Assembly (NCBI GenBank): GCA_022826705.1
Contig: JAJDUJ010000007.1
Location: 211,134 to 275,133, forward strand
Direction: 5' to 3'
DNA from: Acidimicrobiia bacterium
Lineage (GTDB): Bacteria; Actinomycetota; Acidimicrobiia; Acidimicrobiales; Bin134
DNA: 64,000 nucleotides
Below, piece after piece: positions 9,301 through 18,948 of the stretch (positions are counted from its first letter, which is position 1; each line of letters begins with the position of its first letter). Under the pieces are notes generated by a model. The model searched no databases. It was not told where the DNA came from and worked only from the letters and a program-made list of their open reading frames with translations. Made by a program: the position numbers and the translations under genes.

Positions 9301-10206
9301 GTGCCAAACAGCCTTGTCGACTCTGATTCTGTCACTCTCGGTGCCGACTTCCGGGTCGGACGACTGGGGTTCGGATGCTGGCGCCTTGTCGGGCGCTCCG
9401 ATTCCCAATACCAGGAGCTGTTGGAGACGGCTCTGGGGCTCGGCATGAACTTGGTGGACACCGCCGATGTGTACGGGCTCGACTGGGGCGGAACCGCCTT
9501 CGGCCAAGCCGAGGCCAACCTTGGCCGGGTCCTGGCCGCAGCCCCCGAACTGCGCAACCGCATGGTGCTGGCCACCAAGGGAGGGATCACTCCGCCCACG
9601 CCCTACAACTCGGGCGCCTCGGCCATTACTGCGGCCTGCGAGGCGTCGCTCACCCGCCTCGGCATCGATGTCATCGACCTGTACCAGATTCATCGTCCCG
9701 ACCTGTTCACGCATCCCGCGGAGTTGGCTGAGGCACTGGCCGCGCTCCGGGATCAGGGCAAGATCCGCGAGGTGGGCATCTCCAATTTCACTCCCCAGCA
9801 GCACGAGTCTCTCGCCGCCCATCTGCCGTTCCCGCTGGCCTCCACCCAGCCCGAGTACTCCGCCGCAGAGCTGGGTGCGCTTCGGGACGGCACACTGGAT
9901 CTGTGCATGCGCGACGGCGTAGTCCCGCTGGCCTGGAGCCCGCTCGCGGGCGGGCGGCTGTCCACCGGCACCGATGTGCGTCCCGAGCTGATCGCCGCAC
10001 TGGACCAACTGGCCGAGCGCCACGGCTCTAGCCGAACCGCGGTGGCGCTGGCCTTTGTCCTCGCCCATCCGTCCCGCCCAGTGGCATTGCTCGGTACCCA
10101 GAACTCCGAGCGGTTGACTGATGCCGCCCAGGCCGCCAATGTTCCCCTCGACCGGGCCGACGTCTACACCATCATCGAGGCCTCCGAGGGCGTGCCGCTG
10201 CCGTGA
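9301..10206 (+). CDS. aldo/keto reductase
   Basis: RLGFGCWRL...LVDTADVYG...GKIREVGISNF are typical AKR motifs. GTG start. Confidence 0.85.
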   Translation: MPNSLVDSDSVTLGADFRVGRLGFGCWRLVGRSDSQYQELLETALGLGMNLVDTADVYGLDWGGTAFGQAEANLGRVLAAAPELRNRMVLATKGGITPPTPYNSGASAITAACEASLTRLGIDVIDLYQIHRPDLFTHPAELAEALAALRDQGKIREVGISNFTPQQHESLAAHLPFPLASTQPEYSAAELGALRDGTLDLCMRDGVVPLAWSPLAGGRLSTGTDVRPELIAALDQLAERHGSSRTAVALAFVLAHPSRPVALLGTQNSERLTDAAQAANVPLDRADVYTIIEASEGVPLP

Positions 10207-11276
10207 GCGGGTCGGCACCGGTCGAAGTGGCCTGGTTCGCCGCCCTGTGCGACGACGACTACGAGTTCTTGGGCGTGGCCGATCCCGCGCTGGCCAGTAG
10301 CTGGGAGCACTGCCGCGACATCACGCTGTCCGCTGATCGACACGGCTTCGACAACATCCTCCTGCCCTCGGGCTACACGCTGGGCATCGATTCCACCGCG
10401 TTCGCCGCCGCGGTGGCCCCGCACACCAGCCAGATCCAACTGCTGCTGGCGGTGCGGATGGGCGAGATGTGGCTTCCCCAGCTCGCTCGCCAACTGGCCA
10501 CCATCGATCGAATCCTTGACGGCCGCCTCACCATCAACATCATCTCCAGCGACATTCCCGGCCAGACACTCGAATCCGAGCCTCGCTATCGGAGAACACT
10601 GGAGTGGATGCAGGTGCTGCGGACGCTGCTCGACGGCCGTCCAGTGGACTTCCACGGCGAGTTCGTCGATCTGGCCCTCGACCCTCCTCGAGCCACCACG
10701 GTGTCGGGCCGCTGTCCCCCGTTCTACTTCGGCGGCTTCTCGGATGCAGCCAAGGAAACCGCCGCGGCCGCGGCCGATGTGTTCCTCACCTGGCCGGACA
10801 CGGTGGGCGGCGTCGCCGACACCGTGGCCGATATGAGGACCCGCGCCGAACGACAGGGCCGCACCCTGCGGTTCGGACTGCGGAGCCATGTCATCGTGCG
10901 TCCCACATCGGCAGAAGCCCGAGCCGCGGCTGCTCGGCTCATCAGCCAGCTCGACGACGAGACAGGAAAGGCCATTCGACAGCGATCACTGGACGCCGCC
11001 TCAGCAGGCGTCCGCCGCCAAACCGAACTTCGGGACCTCAGCGATGCCGACGGCTTTGTGGAAGACAATTTGTGGACCGGAATCGGTCGGGCGCGGTCCG
11101 GGGCGGGCGCGGCCATCGTGGGATCGCCCGACGAAGTGCTGGCCAAGCTGAACGCCTACCGGCAGGCAGGCATCGACGCCTTCATCCTCTCGGGCTACCC
11201 GCATCTGCCCGAGTGCGACCGGGTCGGCCGATTGGTGCTGCCCAACCTCGACCACGGGCCGCTGGTCTGGAACTGA
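10203..11276 (+). CDS. LLM-class (luciferase-like) flavin-dependent oxidoreductase
   Basis: 357 aa. SsuD/luciferase-like N-terminus (FDNILLPSGYT...LLLAVRMGEMWLPQLARQLATIDRILDGRLTINIIS). The GTG overlaps the AKR stop (GTGA). Confidence 0.8.
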   Translation: MSGSAPVEVAWFAALCDDDYEFLGVADPALASSWEHCRDITLSADRHGFDNILLPSGYTLGIDSTAFAAAVAPHTSQIQLLLAVRMGEMWLPQLARQLATIDRILDGRLTINIISSDIPGQTLESEPRYRRTLEWMQVLRTLLDGRPVDFHGEFVDLALDPPRATTVSGRCPPFYFGGFSDAAKETAAAAADVFLTWPDTVGGVADTVADMRTRAERQGRTLRFGLRSHVIVRPTSAEARAAAARLISQLDDETGKAIRQRSLDAASAGVRRQTELRDLSDADGFVEDNLWTGIGRARSGAGAAIVGSPDEVLAKLNAYRQAGIDAFILSGYPHLPECDRVGRLVLPNLDHGPLVWN

Positions 11277-11278
11277 AC

Positions 11279-12463
11279 TCAGCGGCGGATAGCCAGCCCG
11301 GTATCCAGATCGAAGAAGTGCGCGTTCTCCACTGACACGGCCACTTCGATCGCTTCGTTGGGCTGTACCGACGTGGTGGGGTGGAACCGGGCGTGGACCC
11401 GGGTGGAGTCCTGGGCCGCGTCAGCCATCTGATCCTCGGTCAGCTCCAACGCCTCTTGGGAGATGACCGGCTTGGCGTCCATTTCAAAGTACGCGATCAC
11501 CTCGTACCCGAGAGCCTCGATGTGCGAGACATGGGCCCTCACCCTCTGATCAGAAGGGTGATCGCTCACGAGGGCGGCGTCCTCAAAGTCCTTGGGCCGC
11601 AGGCCGACCGCCACTGTCGAGCCCAAGTAGCGTTCCAGGGCCGGACGCTGTCCGAGCACCGATTCAGGCACCGCCAACCTCTGGCTGCCCAGCTCCATCG
11701 ACAGTCCGGAGTCATTCCGGTGCAAGACCGCCTCCATGAGGTTCATAGAGGGAGAGCCGATGAAGGCGGCAACGAAGATGTTGTCGGGCTCGTTGAACAG
11801 CTTCATCGGGCTGTCCACCTGTTGCAGGATCCCCCGGTTGATCACCGCAACCCGGTCGGCCATGGTCATGGCCTCCACCTGGTCGTGGGTGACATAGAAG
11901 GTTGTGACCCCTACCTCGCGCTGCAGCTCGGTGATCTCGGCTCGCATCTGCACCCGGAGCTTGGCGTCGAGATTCGACAACGGCTCGTCGAGGAGGAACA
12001 CCCGGGGGCGGCGCACGATGGCCCGGCCCATGGCCACCCGCTGGCGCTGGCCACCCGACAACTGGGCCGGTCGCTTGTCGAGCTGATTCTCCAACTCAAG
12101 AATGCGTGCCGCCTCGCCGACCCTCTCTCTGATCTCCGCCTTGGGTCGCTGCGCCAGCTTCAGCGAGAAGGCGATGTTGTCGAACACGTTCATATGGGGA
12201 TACAGCGCATAGTTCTGGAACACCATGGCGATGTCGCGGTCTTTGGGGGCGAGCGTGTTGACCACCCGGTCGCCGATCTTGAGCGTCCCCGAGGTGATGT
12301 CCTCCAGACCGGCAATCATCCGCAGGGTGGTCGACTTACCGCACCCCGACGGGCCCACCATCACCAAGAATTCGCCCTCATTGATCTCCAGGTTCAGGTC
12401 GGAGACCGCCACAAAGCCGTTGCTGTATTCCTTGTTGATGTCCTCGAGAACGACATCAGCCAT
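11279..12463 (-). CDS. sugar ABC transporter ATP-binding protein (MsiK/UgpC/MalK type)
   Basis: Walker A GPSGCGKST, signature LSGGQRQR, Walker B VFLLDEPLS, plus a C-terminal MalK-like regulatory domain. Confidence 0.9.
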   Translation of the reverse strand: MADVVLEDINKEYSNGFVAVSDLNLEINEGEFLVMVGPSGCGKSTTLRMIAGLEDITSGTLKIGDRVVNTLAPKDRDIAMVFQNYALYPHMNVFDNIAFSLKLAQRPKAEIRERVGEAARILELENQLDKRPAQLSGGQRQRVAMGRAIVRRPRVFLLDEPLSNLDAKLRVQMRAEITELQREVGVTTFYVTHDQVEAMTMADRVAVINRGILQQVDSPMKLFNEPDNIFVAAFIGSPSMNLMEAVLHRNDSGLSMELGSQRLAVPESVLGQRPALERYLGSTVAVGLRPKDFEDAALVSDHPSDQRVRAHVSHIEALGYEVIAYFEMDAKPVISQEALELTEDQMADAAQDSTRVHARFHPTTSVQPNEAIEVAVSVENAHFFDLDTGLAIRR

Positions 12464-12522
12464 TTAGTGCCCCCAAATGTTCTGCGCGGCAGTCCTGCGA
12501 ACGGTCAGCCTAGCTTCTTGGA

Positions 12523-13632
12523 CTAGGCCCGGCGGACGGCCAGGATGGCCACGTCGTCGGTGATGGTGCCGTCGGCGAAGTCTCGGGCGGCCTCCAACAG
12601 CGTCTTGCACAGCACATCGGGGGAAACGGTGGGGTCGCGGCGGAGGTGCTGGGCGATGCGGTCCTCGCCGAACTGGGCGTCGCCGTAGCGCACCTCGGCC
12701 AGCCCGTCGGTGTACATGAGCACCATGTCCCCTTGATCCAGAGGAATCTCCCGGCTGAAGTAGGTGCTGTCGGGGTCGAGCATCAACAGCGCCCCGGTGG
12801 CCCGCAGCGGCTGCACCTCTCGCTCATGCCACAGCCAGGCCGCCGGGTGTCCGGCAGAGGCGTACCGCATGGTCTGGGCCTCGGTGTCGAACAACACGAC
12901 CACCACGGAGATGAACTCCTCGGCCCTCTCGATGGACGACATCTGGGCGTTCAGCTCCTCTAGGGCTTGGGCCGGATCGCGGAACTGGCGCAAGAACACC
13001 CGAAGCAGGTACTTGGCCTGGAATGCGGTGATCGACGACTCGATGCCCCGACCGGCCACATCGCCGATTACCGCGGCCACCCGGGTCGGGCCCACTCGGA
13101 ACACGTCGAAGAAGTCCCCGGCCATCACGCCTTCGCCCGCTTGGTACACCCGGCCCATCTCGTAGCCGGCGAAATCGGGCAAATCGTCGGGGGCCAGTCG
13201 CCCGGCCCAGGCCCGGGGGGCGAGATCGCCCTGGCTCAGCGTCTCCTCGGCCCGACGCTCCATCTCGAACCGCTCCTGAGTAAGCCGGGCCTCGGCCACC
13301 GATCGCCTTCCCCACCACAGCGGGAACAGGGCGGGCACCACCACTATGGCCAGGATGGCGGCCACCGCCCGGGACTCCAAGGCTGCGGTCATTGCCGCCA
13401 CCACAGTCAGGGCCGCGTATAGCAAGGCAGAATGGGCGTCCCGGCGGAAGCTGGACTGGGCCAGCGTGCGGGCCGCCTCGTAGGCGTATTCGCCCTCTTC
13501 GTCATACCCCTCGCCCGCGTGGGTTCCCTCAATGCGGAGCAGGAACCGGTAGCGATGCCGGGCCGCTCGGGTGAACACGCCCGCAGCCACCGCGCAGACC
13601 CCCGCGGTCAGCACGAGGAGAAGGTTCTCCAT
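12523..13632 (-). CDS. membrane-anchored PP2C/SpoIIE-family serine phosphatase
   Basis: N-terminal TM segments followed by a PPM domain (GDFFDVF...GDVAGRGIESS...MYTDGL...DDVAILAVR). Confidence 0.8.
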   Translation of the reverse strand: MENLLLVLTAGVCAVAAGVFTRAARHRYRFLLRIEGTHAGEGYDEEGEYAYEAARTLAQSSFRRDAHSALLYAALTVVAAMTAALESRAVAAILAIVVVPALFPLWWGRRSVAEARLTQERFEMERRAEETLSQGDLAPRAWAGRLAPDDLPDFAGYEMGRVYQAGEGVMAGDFFDVFRVGPTRVAAVIGDVAGRGIESSITAFQAKYLLRVFLRQFRDPAQALEELNAQMSSIERAEEFISVVVVLFDTEAQTMRYASAGHPAAWLWHEREVQPLRATGALLMLDPDSTYFSREIPLDQGDMVLMYTDGLAEVRYGDAQFGEDRIAQHLRRDPTVSPDVLCKTLLEAARDFADGTITDDVAILAVRRA

Positions 13633-13683
13633 TGCCGAAGGTTACCCCGCAAGATGGCCGAGTTCTTAGCGCTTTCTTGGCAA

Positions 13684-15018
13684 TTACTCCCCTGAGCGGC
13701 GGCGCACCCGCAGCTTGACCGGAACTGATCCGAGGTCGAATGCCTCTCGCAGACGGCGCTCCAGATAGCGAAGATAGGTGCGGGGCAGGGTCCGGTTGGC
13801 GAACAGCGTGAAGGTGGGGGGATCGGCCGCCCCCTGGGTGGCGTACAGCACCCGGGCCCCGTCGGGGGCAGGATGGGCAGCCTGGGCGTCACGCAGCACC
13901 CGGTTCACCGCCTGGGTGGGAATGCGACGCCGGTACTCGGCGATCACGCCCCGAAGCTCGGGCAAGAGCCGGTTCAGCCCCTTCCCCGACAGGGCGCTGA
14001 CCCGGAGGACGGCCGCGTCGCCCAAAAAGTGCAGACGGTGGTCGATGTCGATGGCAATCGCCTCCCGGGCCTCGGTATCAAGCAAGTCCCATTTGTTGAG
14101 CAGTACCACGATTGGGCAGCCCGCGCCGTCTATGCGCTCGGCAAGGCGCTGATCCTGGTGCGTTACCCCCACGGTGGCGTCGATCACCAACAGGGCGATG
14201 TCGGATCGGTCCACTGCGGCCAAGGCTCGCAGCAGGGAGTAGTACTCGGTGGCCTGGTCTATGCGGGCTCGACGCCGCATGCCCGCGGTGTCCACAAACC
14301 GAATCGGCCCCAACTCGGTTTCCACCACGGTGTCGATGGCGTCGCGCGTCGTGCCCGGCTGATCGTGGACCACCGATCGGTCGTCGCCAATGAGGCGGTT
14401 GAACAAGGTGGACTTGCCCGCATTGGGCCGACCCACGATGGAAACCGAGACCATGCCGGCATCAGCCTCGGACTCGGTGTCGGAGTCGGTTGCCCCGGCT
14501 GGCTCATCGGGCAGCACGGCCATGACCGCATCCAGCAGGTCGCCCACTCCCCGCCCGTGAAGCGCGCTCACCGGGAAGGGGTCGCCTAAACCCAGGCGGA
14601 TGAACTCCCAGATGAGGTCTTCGCGGGCCTCGTCGTCCACCTTGTTGACCGCCACCAGCACCGGCCCGGCCCGGCCCCGCAGCCGTCCCGCCACTCCTTC
14701 GTCGTCACCGGTGATGCCCGCATGCGAGTCCACCACCATCACCACGACGTCGGCACCTTCCATGGACTTCTCGCTCTGGGCCGACACTTTGGCGTCCATC
14801 GAGGCGTTGTCGCCCGAACCCTGCGGTAGCCAGCCGCCGGTGTCCACCACCGTGAAGTCCCGCCCTTGCCAGCTGGCTGGCATCTCCTTGCGGTCCCTTG
14901 TCACGCCGGGCTGCTCGGCGACGATGGCCTCTCGGCGTCCAAGGACCCGGTTCATGAGCGTGGACTTGCCCACGTTAGGCCGTCCGACGATCGCCACCGT
15001 GGGCAGGGAGCTAGCCAC
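13684..15018 (-). CDS. der: ribosome-biogenesis GTPase Der (EngA)
   Basis: Two tandem GTPase domains: GRPNVGKSTL...DTGG and GRPNAGKSTLFN...DTAG...NKWD. C-terminal KH-like tail. Confidence 0.95.
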   Translation of the reverse strand: MASSLPTVAIVGRPNVGKSTLMNRVLGRREAIVAEQPGVTRDRKEMPASWQGRDFTVVDTGGWLPQGSGDNASMDAKVSAQSEKSMEGADVVVMVVDSHAGITGDDEGVAGRLRGRAGPVLVAVNKVDDEAREDLIWEFIRLGLGDPFPVSALHGRGVGDLLDAVMAVLPDEPAGATDSDTESEADAGMVSVSIVGRPNAGKSTLFNRLIGDDRSVVHDQPGTTRDAIDTVVETELGPIRFVDTAGMRRRARIDQATEYYSLLRALAAVDRSDIALLVIDATVGVTHQDQRLAERIDGAGCPIVVLLNKWDLLDTEAREAIAIDIDHRLHFLGDAAVLRVSALSGKGLNRLLPELRGVIAEYRRRIPTQAVNRVLRDAQAAHPAPDGARVLYATQGAADPPTFTLFANRTLPRTYLRYLERRLREAFDLGSVPVKLRVRRRSGE

Positions 15019-16372
15019 CGAGCGCCCTTCGCAGCGCGATCCCGTCGGAGGGAACCACCTCCACAGGGCGGGGTAGGTCGTCGGGCCGGGTGCCGTCCAA
15101 GAACATCCCCTGCGACAGGCACACGTCGGGCAAAAGATAGCGGTGGCCCTCCGGCTGGTTGGCCAGCGCGTGGGCGATGTCTTCGCCCACCAGCAGCCCA
15201 GCCACCGCGGTGGTCCCGCCGAAGAACCGGTTTTCCACCGGCACTACCCTCACATCGTCGCGGCCCAAAGACCTCAGCAACGGGGCCAGCACCGCCGCCC
15301 CGTACCCCCCCGTTACTACCCCCACGGGAGCGCTTTTGCGGGGTCGCAGGCTAATCGCCGTCGAACCGTCGGACCGGGGAGCTCGGTAGCCTTCGGCCGG
15401 AGCTCCCTCCACCCAGGCGAAGAAGCCGGGCCGCGTCCCGGTTGCGCTCTTCGCCTGGCCCATAAACTCCATTTTCAGCGTGGTTGCCATTCCCACCCCA
15501 TCCTCGTGCATGGGAAACCCCTCGTAGGCCTCCGGATCGGGAAACTCGATCCCAGCCAGCAGGTAGTACTCGTCGGCGGCAAACACCAAGCGGCGACCCA
15601 GCATCTGTCGGTTGATCTTCTGCCAATCGTGCACTGCCTCTACCACCTCAATCGCCTCGGCCTTCGTGTGGGGCCTCAACCGGGGCTCGGAGGTGTGGCG
15701 AGACACCCCCAAAGGCACCACACACACGCTGGCCAACTCGGGGTACTCGTCGGTGACGCCAGCCAGAGTGTCCTCCAGCACCTCCCCGTCGTTGACATCG
15801 GGGCACACCACCACTTGCCCGTGTATTTCGATGCCGTGGTCGAGCAGCGCCCGCAGCCAGCGCAGGCTTGTTGCCCCCCGGCGGTTTCGGAGCATGGCGG
15901 CCCGCACATCGGGATCGGTGGCGTGGATGCTCACATTCAGCGGTGACAGCCGCTCGGTTACCACCCGCTCCAGGTCGGCTTCGGTGAAGCGGGTCAGAGT
16001 GGTGAAGTTCCCGTAGAGGAATGAGAGGCGGTAGTCGTCGTCCTTCAGATACAGGCTGGGCCGCAGGCCCGGCGGCAGTTGGTAGATGAAGCAGAACTCG
16101 CAGTGATTGTCGCAAGTCTGCACCCGGTCGAACAGCGCCGAGTCCACCTGGGCGCCCAGCGGCTCCCCGGCCCGCTTGAGCACCTCCAACTCCAGCACCA
16201 CCCCATCGCGGCGGAGGTCCAGACTCAACTCGGGCTCGTCCACCAACTGCTGGTACTCGATCACGTCCTTGGGGACGCAGCCGTTGACGGCCAGCAGCTC
16301 ATCACCAGGTCTCAAACCGAATCGCTGAGCCACCGACCCATAGGCCACTGCGGTGACCCGAGGCGCGGACAT
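15011..16372 (-). CDS. DUF512 domain protein (PDZ plus radical-SAM-like Cx3Cx2C)
   Basis: N-terminal PDZ-like segment (GLRPGDELLAVNG), then CDNHCEFCF and YLKDDDYRLSFLYGNFTTLT, typical of DUF512. The stop overlaps the der start by 8 nt. Confidence 0.8.
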   Translation of the reverse strand: MSAPRVTAVAYGSVAQRFGLRPGDELLAVNGCVPKDVIEYQQLVDEPELSLDLRRDGVVLELEVLKRAGEPLGAQVDSALFDRVQTCDNHCEFCFIYQLPPGLRPSLYLKDDDYRLSFLYGNFTTLTRFTEADLERVVTERLSPLNVSIHATDPDVRAAMLRNRRGATSLRWLRALLDHGIEIHGQVVVCPDVNDGEVLEDTLAGVTDEYPELASVCVVPLGVSRHTSEPRLRPHTKAEAIEVVEAVHDWQKINRQMLGRRLVFAADEYYLLAGIEFPDPEAYEGFPMHEDGVGMATTLKMEFMGQAKSATGTRPGFFAWVEGAPAEGYRAPRSDGSTAISLRPRKSAPVGVVTGGYGAAVLAPLLRSLGRDDVRVVPVENRFFGGTTAVAGLLVGEDIAHALANQPEGHRYLLPDVCLSQGMFLDGTRPDDLPRPVEVVPSDGIALRRALGG

Positions 16373-16461
16373 GCCTGAAATGATACGAGGCCCGCAATGC
16401 CAGAGCAGACCGCTAAATCCACCTAGTTAAGGCTGAGAACATCATCCGCTAAATTGGCTCT

Positions 16462-17499
16462 GTGAACGTCGAGAAGGTGATCCTGGCCGCTCCCCGGGGG
16501 TTCTGTGCCGGAGTGGAGATGGCCATCAAGGCGCTGGCCTGGCTGGTCCGAACGTTTGACGGACCGGTGTACTGCTACCACGAGATCGTCCACAACAAGC
16601 TGGTGGTGCGCCGATTCGAGAAACTCGGCGTGGTGTTCGTAGACGACATCTCCGAGGTTCCCCCCGGATATCCCATCATGCTCTCCGCCCACGGTTCGGC
16701 GCCTGAGGTTGTGGCTGCGGCGACCGACCAGGCCAGCTACATGGTGGATGCGGTATGCCCGCTAGTCACCAAGGTCCACCACGAGGTCAAAGTGCGGGCC
16801 AACAAGGGCTACCGCATCATCTACGTGGGCCACGAAGACCACGAGGAGGCCGTGGGCACCATGGCAGTAGCCCCCATGGCCATCCACCCCGTGGAGGACA
16901 TCGCCGGCGTGGAGGCACTGGACGACTTTGAAGAGCCAGTAGCCCTTTTGGCCCAGACCACCTTGTCGCACCGAGACTGGGAGGGGGTGCTGCACGCGGC
17001 CCAAGACCGGTTCCCCGACATGTGGACGCCGGGACGCAGCGATCTGTGCTTCGCCACCACCAACCGCCAAGCTGCACTGACCGCCATCGCCGAGCAATGC
17101 GACACCGTCGTCATCGTGGGCTCGGCCAACTCCTCCAACACCCGGGCGCTGGAGAAGCTGGCTGGAGAGCTGGGCTGCCAGCGTGTTTTCCGGGTCAACC
17201 GGGCGTCTGAGTTGCCCGACGACATCTCCGGCGTCGTGGGATTGACCGCGGGAGCCTCCGCTCCCGAAGAACTGATCAACGAAGTGTTGGACCGACTCGA
17301 CCCAGCCGAAGGCATTGAGGAGGTTTCGATCACCGACGAGGACGAGTACTTCCCTCCACCCCGCAATCTCCGCGACCTGATCGAAGCCTCCGGAGCCCTG
17401 GCTTCATTCAGCCTGGGCGGCCCACCGTCGCCCTCCCCAATGGTGGATCGCAAGGTGGCGGCCAGCGACGTGCTCGACGGGTTGATCGCCAGCCGCTGA
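16462..17499 (+). CDS. ispH: 4-hydroxy-3-methylbut-2-enyl diphosphate reductase
   Basis: The N-terminus VILAAPRGFCAGVEMAI...YHEIVHN and overall length match IspH/LytB. GTG start. Confidence 0.93.
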   Translation: MNVEKVILAAPRGFCAGVEMAIKALAWLVRTFDGPVYCYHEIVHNKLVVRRFEKLGVVFVDDISEVPPGYPIMLSAHGSAPEVVAAATDQASYMVDAVCPLVTKVHHEVKVRANKGYRIIYVGHEDHEEAVGTMAVAPMAIHPVEDIAGVEALDDFEEPVALLAQTTLSHRDWEGVLHAAQDRFPDMWTPGRSDLCFATTNRQAALTAIAEQCDTVVIVGSANSSNTRALEKLAGELGCQRVFRVNRASELPDDISGVVGLTAGASAPEELINEVLDRLDPAEGIEEVSITDEDEYFPPPRNLRDLIEASGALASFSLGGPPSPSPMVDRKVAASDVLDGLIASR

Positions 17500-17507
17500 G
17501 AGCAGCT

Positions 17508-18281
17508 TTATTCTGAATCGCCAGGATCCCAGCCAGGGATGCCCAGCTCCTGCTGCACTTCGTTGAACATGCCCTGAAGGATCTCCCGCAGCTCTGTGGA
17601 GTACTCGGCCAGGGCCTCCCGGCTCAACCGCCCTCGTTCGTCTACCTCAGGCGGGTTCAATGGCTCACCCCATACGAGACGGACGGCACGGGGGCGGGGC
17701 ATGCGGACGCCGATGCCCATGGCCCGCTCGGTGCCCCCAATGGCCACCGGCACCACCGGCACTTGCGATTTGGCTGCCAACCAGGCCGCCCCATCCAACA
17801 GAGGATGAATGCGGGGGCCCGACTTGCGCTCACCCTCGGGGAACACCACCAGCGGCTGCCCGGCCTCCAGCACCGATAAAGCGGCCTTCAAGGCACTGCG
17901 GTCGACCATGTCCCTTCGAACGGGGAAGGCCCCCATGCTCACCAATATCCATGTGGTAATCGGTCCTCGGAACAAGCCGCTCTTGGCGAAATAGCGCAGC
18001 GGACGCCCAGCCGATGCCCCGATCATCGGAGTGTCCAGGTTGGAGCGGTGGGTTGGGGCGATGATCACCCCGCCTTTTGAGGGCAAGTTGCGTCTTCCCC
18101 GGGTGTAGCAGCGGAAATATGCACCGAAAACCGCTCGGGCCAGTCGCTGCACAAAGAAGTGGAACACCACCCCTGCCAATCGCCCTTTGACCTCCAGCTC
18201 CTCGGGATGCAACTCGGGCGGGTTCACGTGACCTACAACTCCTCGGGATGAAACTCGACTTGGCTCATCCCAGTCGGGCAA
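17508..18281 (-). CDS. 1-acyl-sn-glycerol-3-phosphate acyltransferase family protein
   Basis: Acyltransferase blocks APTHRSNLD and VVFPEGERK. The start is uncertain because it overlaps the cmk 3' end. Confidence 0.8.
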   Translation of the reverse strand: MPDWDEPSRVSSRGVVGHVNPPELHPEELEVKGRLAGVVFHFFVQRLARAVFGAYFRCYTRGRRNLPSKGGVIIAPTHRSNLDTPMIGASAGRPLRYFAKSGLFRGPITTWILVSMGAFPVRRDMVDRSALKAALSVLEAGQPLVVFPEGERKSGPRIHPLLDGAAWLAAKSQVPVVPVAIGGTERAMGIGVRMPRPRAVRLVWGEPLNPPEVDERGRLSREALAEYSTELREILQGMFNEVQQELGIPGWDPGDSE

Positions 18282-18948
18282 TCAGCTCGTCCACTACTTC
18301 GTCAACGGTGAGGTCGGTGGTGTCAATGTGCACTGCGTCGGGCGCCTGGGTCAGCGGGTCGTGTTGGCGAGACGTGTCGGCCGCATCCCGAGCCGCCAGG
18401 TCGGCGGCCACCGTCTCGTAGTCGAGCGCGCTCACCTCGCCCGCCCTTCGCTCGGCCCTGACCGCGGCCGACGCGCTCAGATACACCTTGAGCTCGGCGT
18501 TGGGAAATACCACGGTGCCGATGTCCCGACCCTCCAAAACCCCTCCGCCCCGTTCCACCACCCAGGCCTGCTGGCGCACCCGCAGCACCTCCCGCACCCC
18601 CGAGATAGCCGCCACCGTGCTCACCGATCGGGTCACCTCTGGACCTCTGATCTGGGTGGTGGCGTCCACTCCGTCGACGATGACCGAGGCGTCGTCTACG
18701 TGGATATCGCTGGTTCGCGCCACCTCGACGATGGCGTCGCTGTCAGCCAGGTCCACCTCCCGAGCCATCGCGGCGAAAGCCACCGAGCGGTACATCGCCC
18801 CAGTGTCCAAATACTCCAGCCCCAGCCGCTCGGCCAGCCGCCGGGCCACCGTGGACTTGCCCGACCCGGCCGGTCCGTCGATGGCCACAACCCTCAAATG
18901 CTCGGCCGCGTCGCGCATTTGCCCGGCGTCGGTGCTCACGGGGCCCAT
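18265..18948 (-). CDS. cmk: cytidylate kinase
   Basis: VVAIDGPAGSGKSTVARRLAERLGLEYLDTGAMYR. An alternative start at 18918 would remove the overlap with aroA. Confidence 0.9.
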   Translation of the reverse strand: MGPVSTDAGQMRDAAEHLRVVAIDGPAGSGKSTVARRLAERLGLEYLDTGAMYRSVAFAAMAREVDLADSDAIVEVARTSDIHVDDASVIVDGVDATTQIRGPEVTRSVSTVAAISGVREVLRVRQQAWVVERGGGVLEGRDIGTVVFPNAELKVYLSASAAVRAERRAGEVSALDYETVAADLAARDAADTSRQHDPLTQAPDAVHIDTTDLTVDEVVDELIARLG

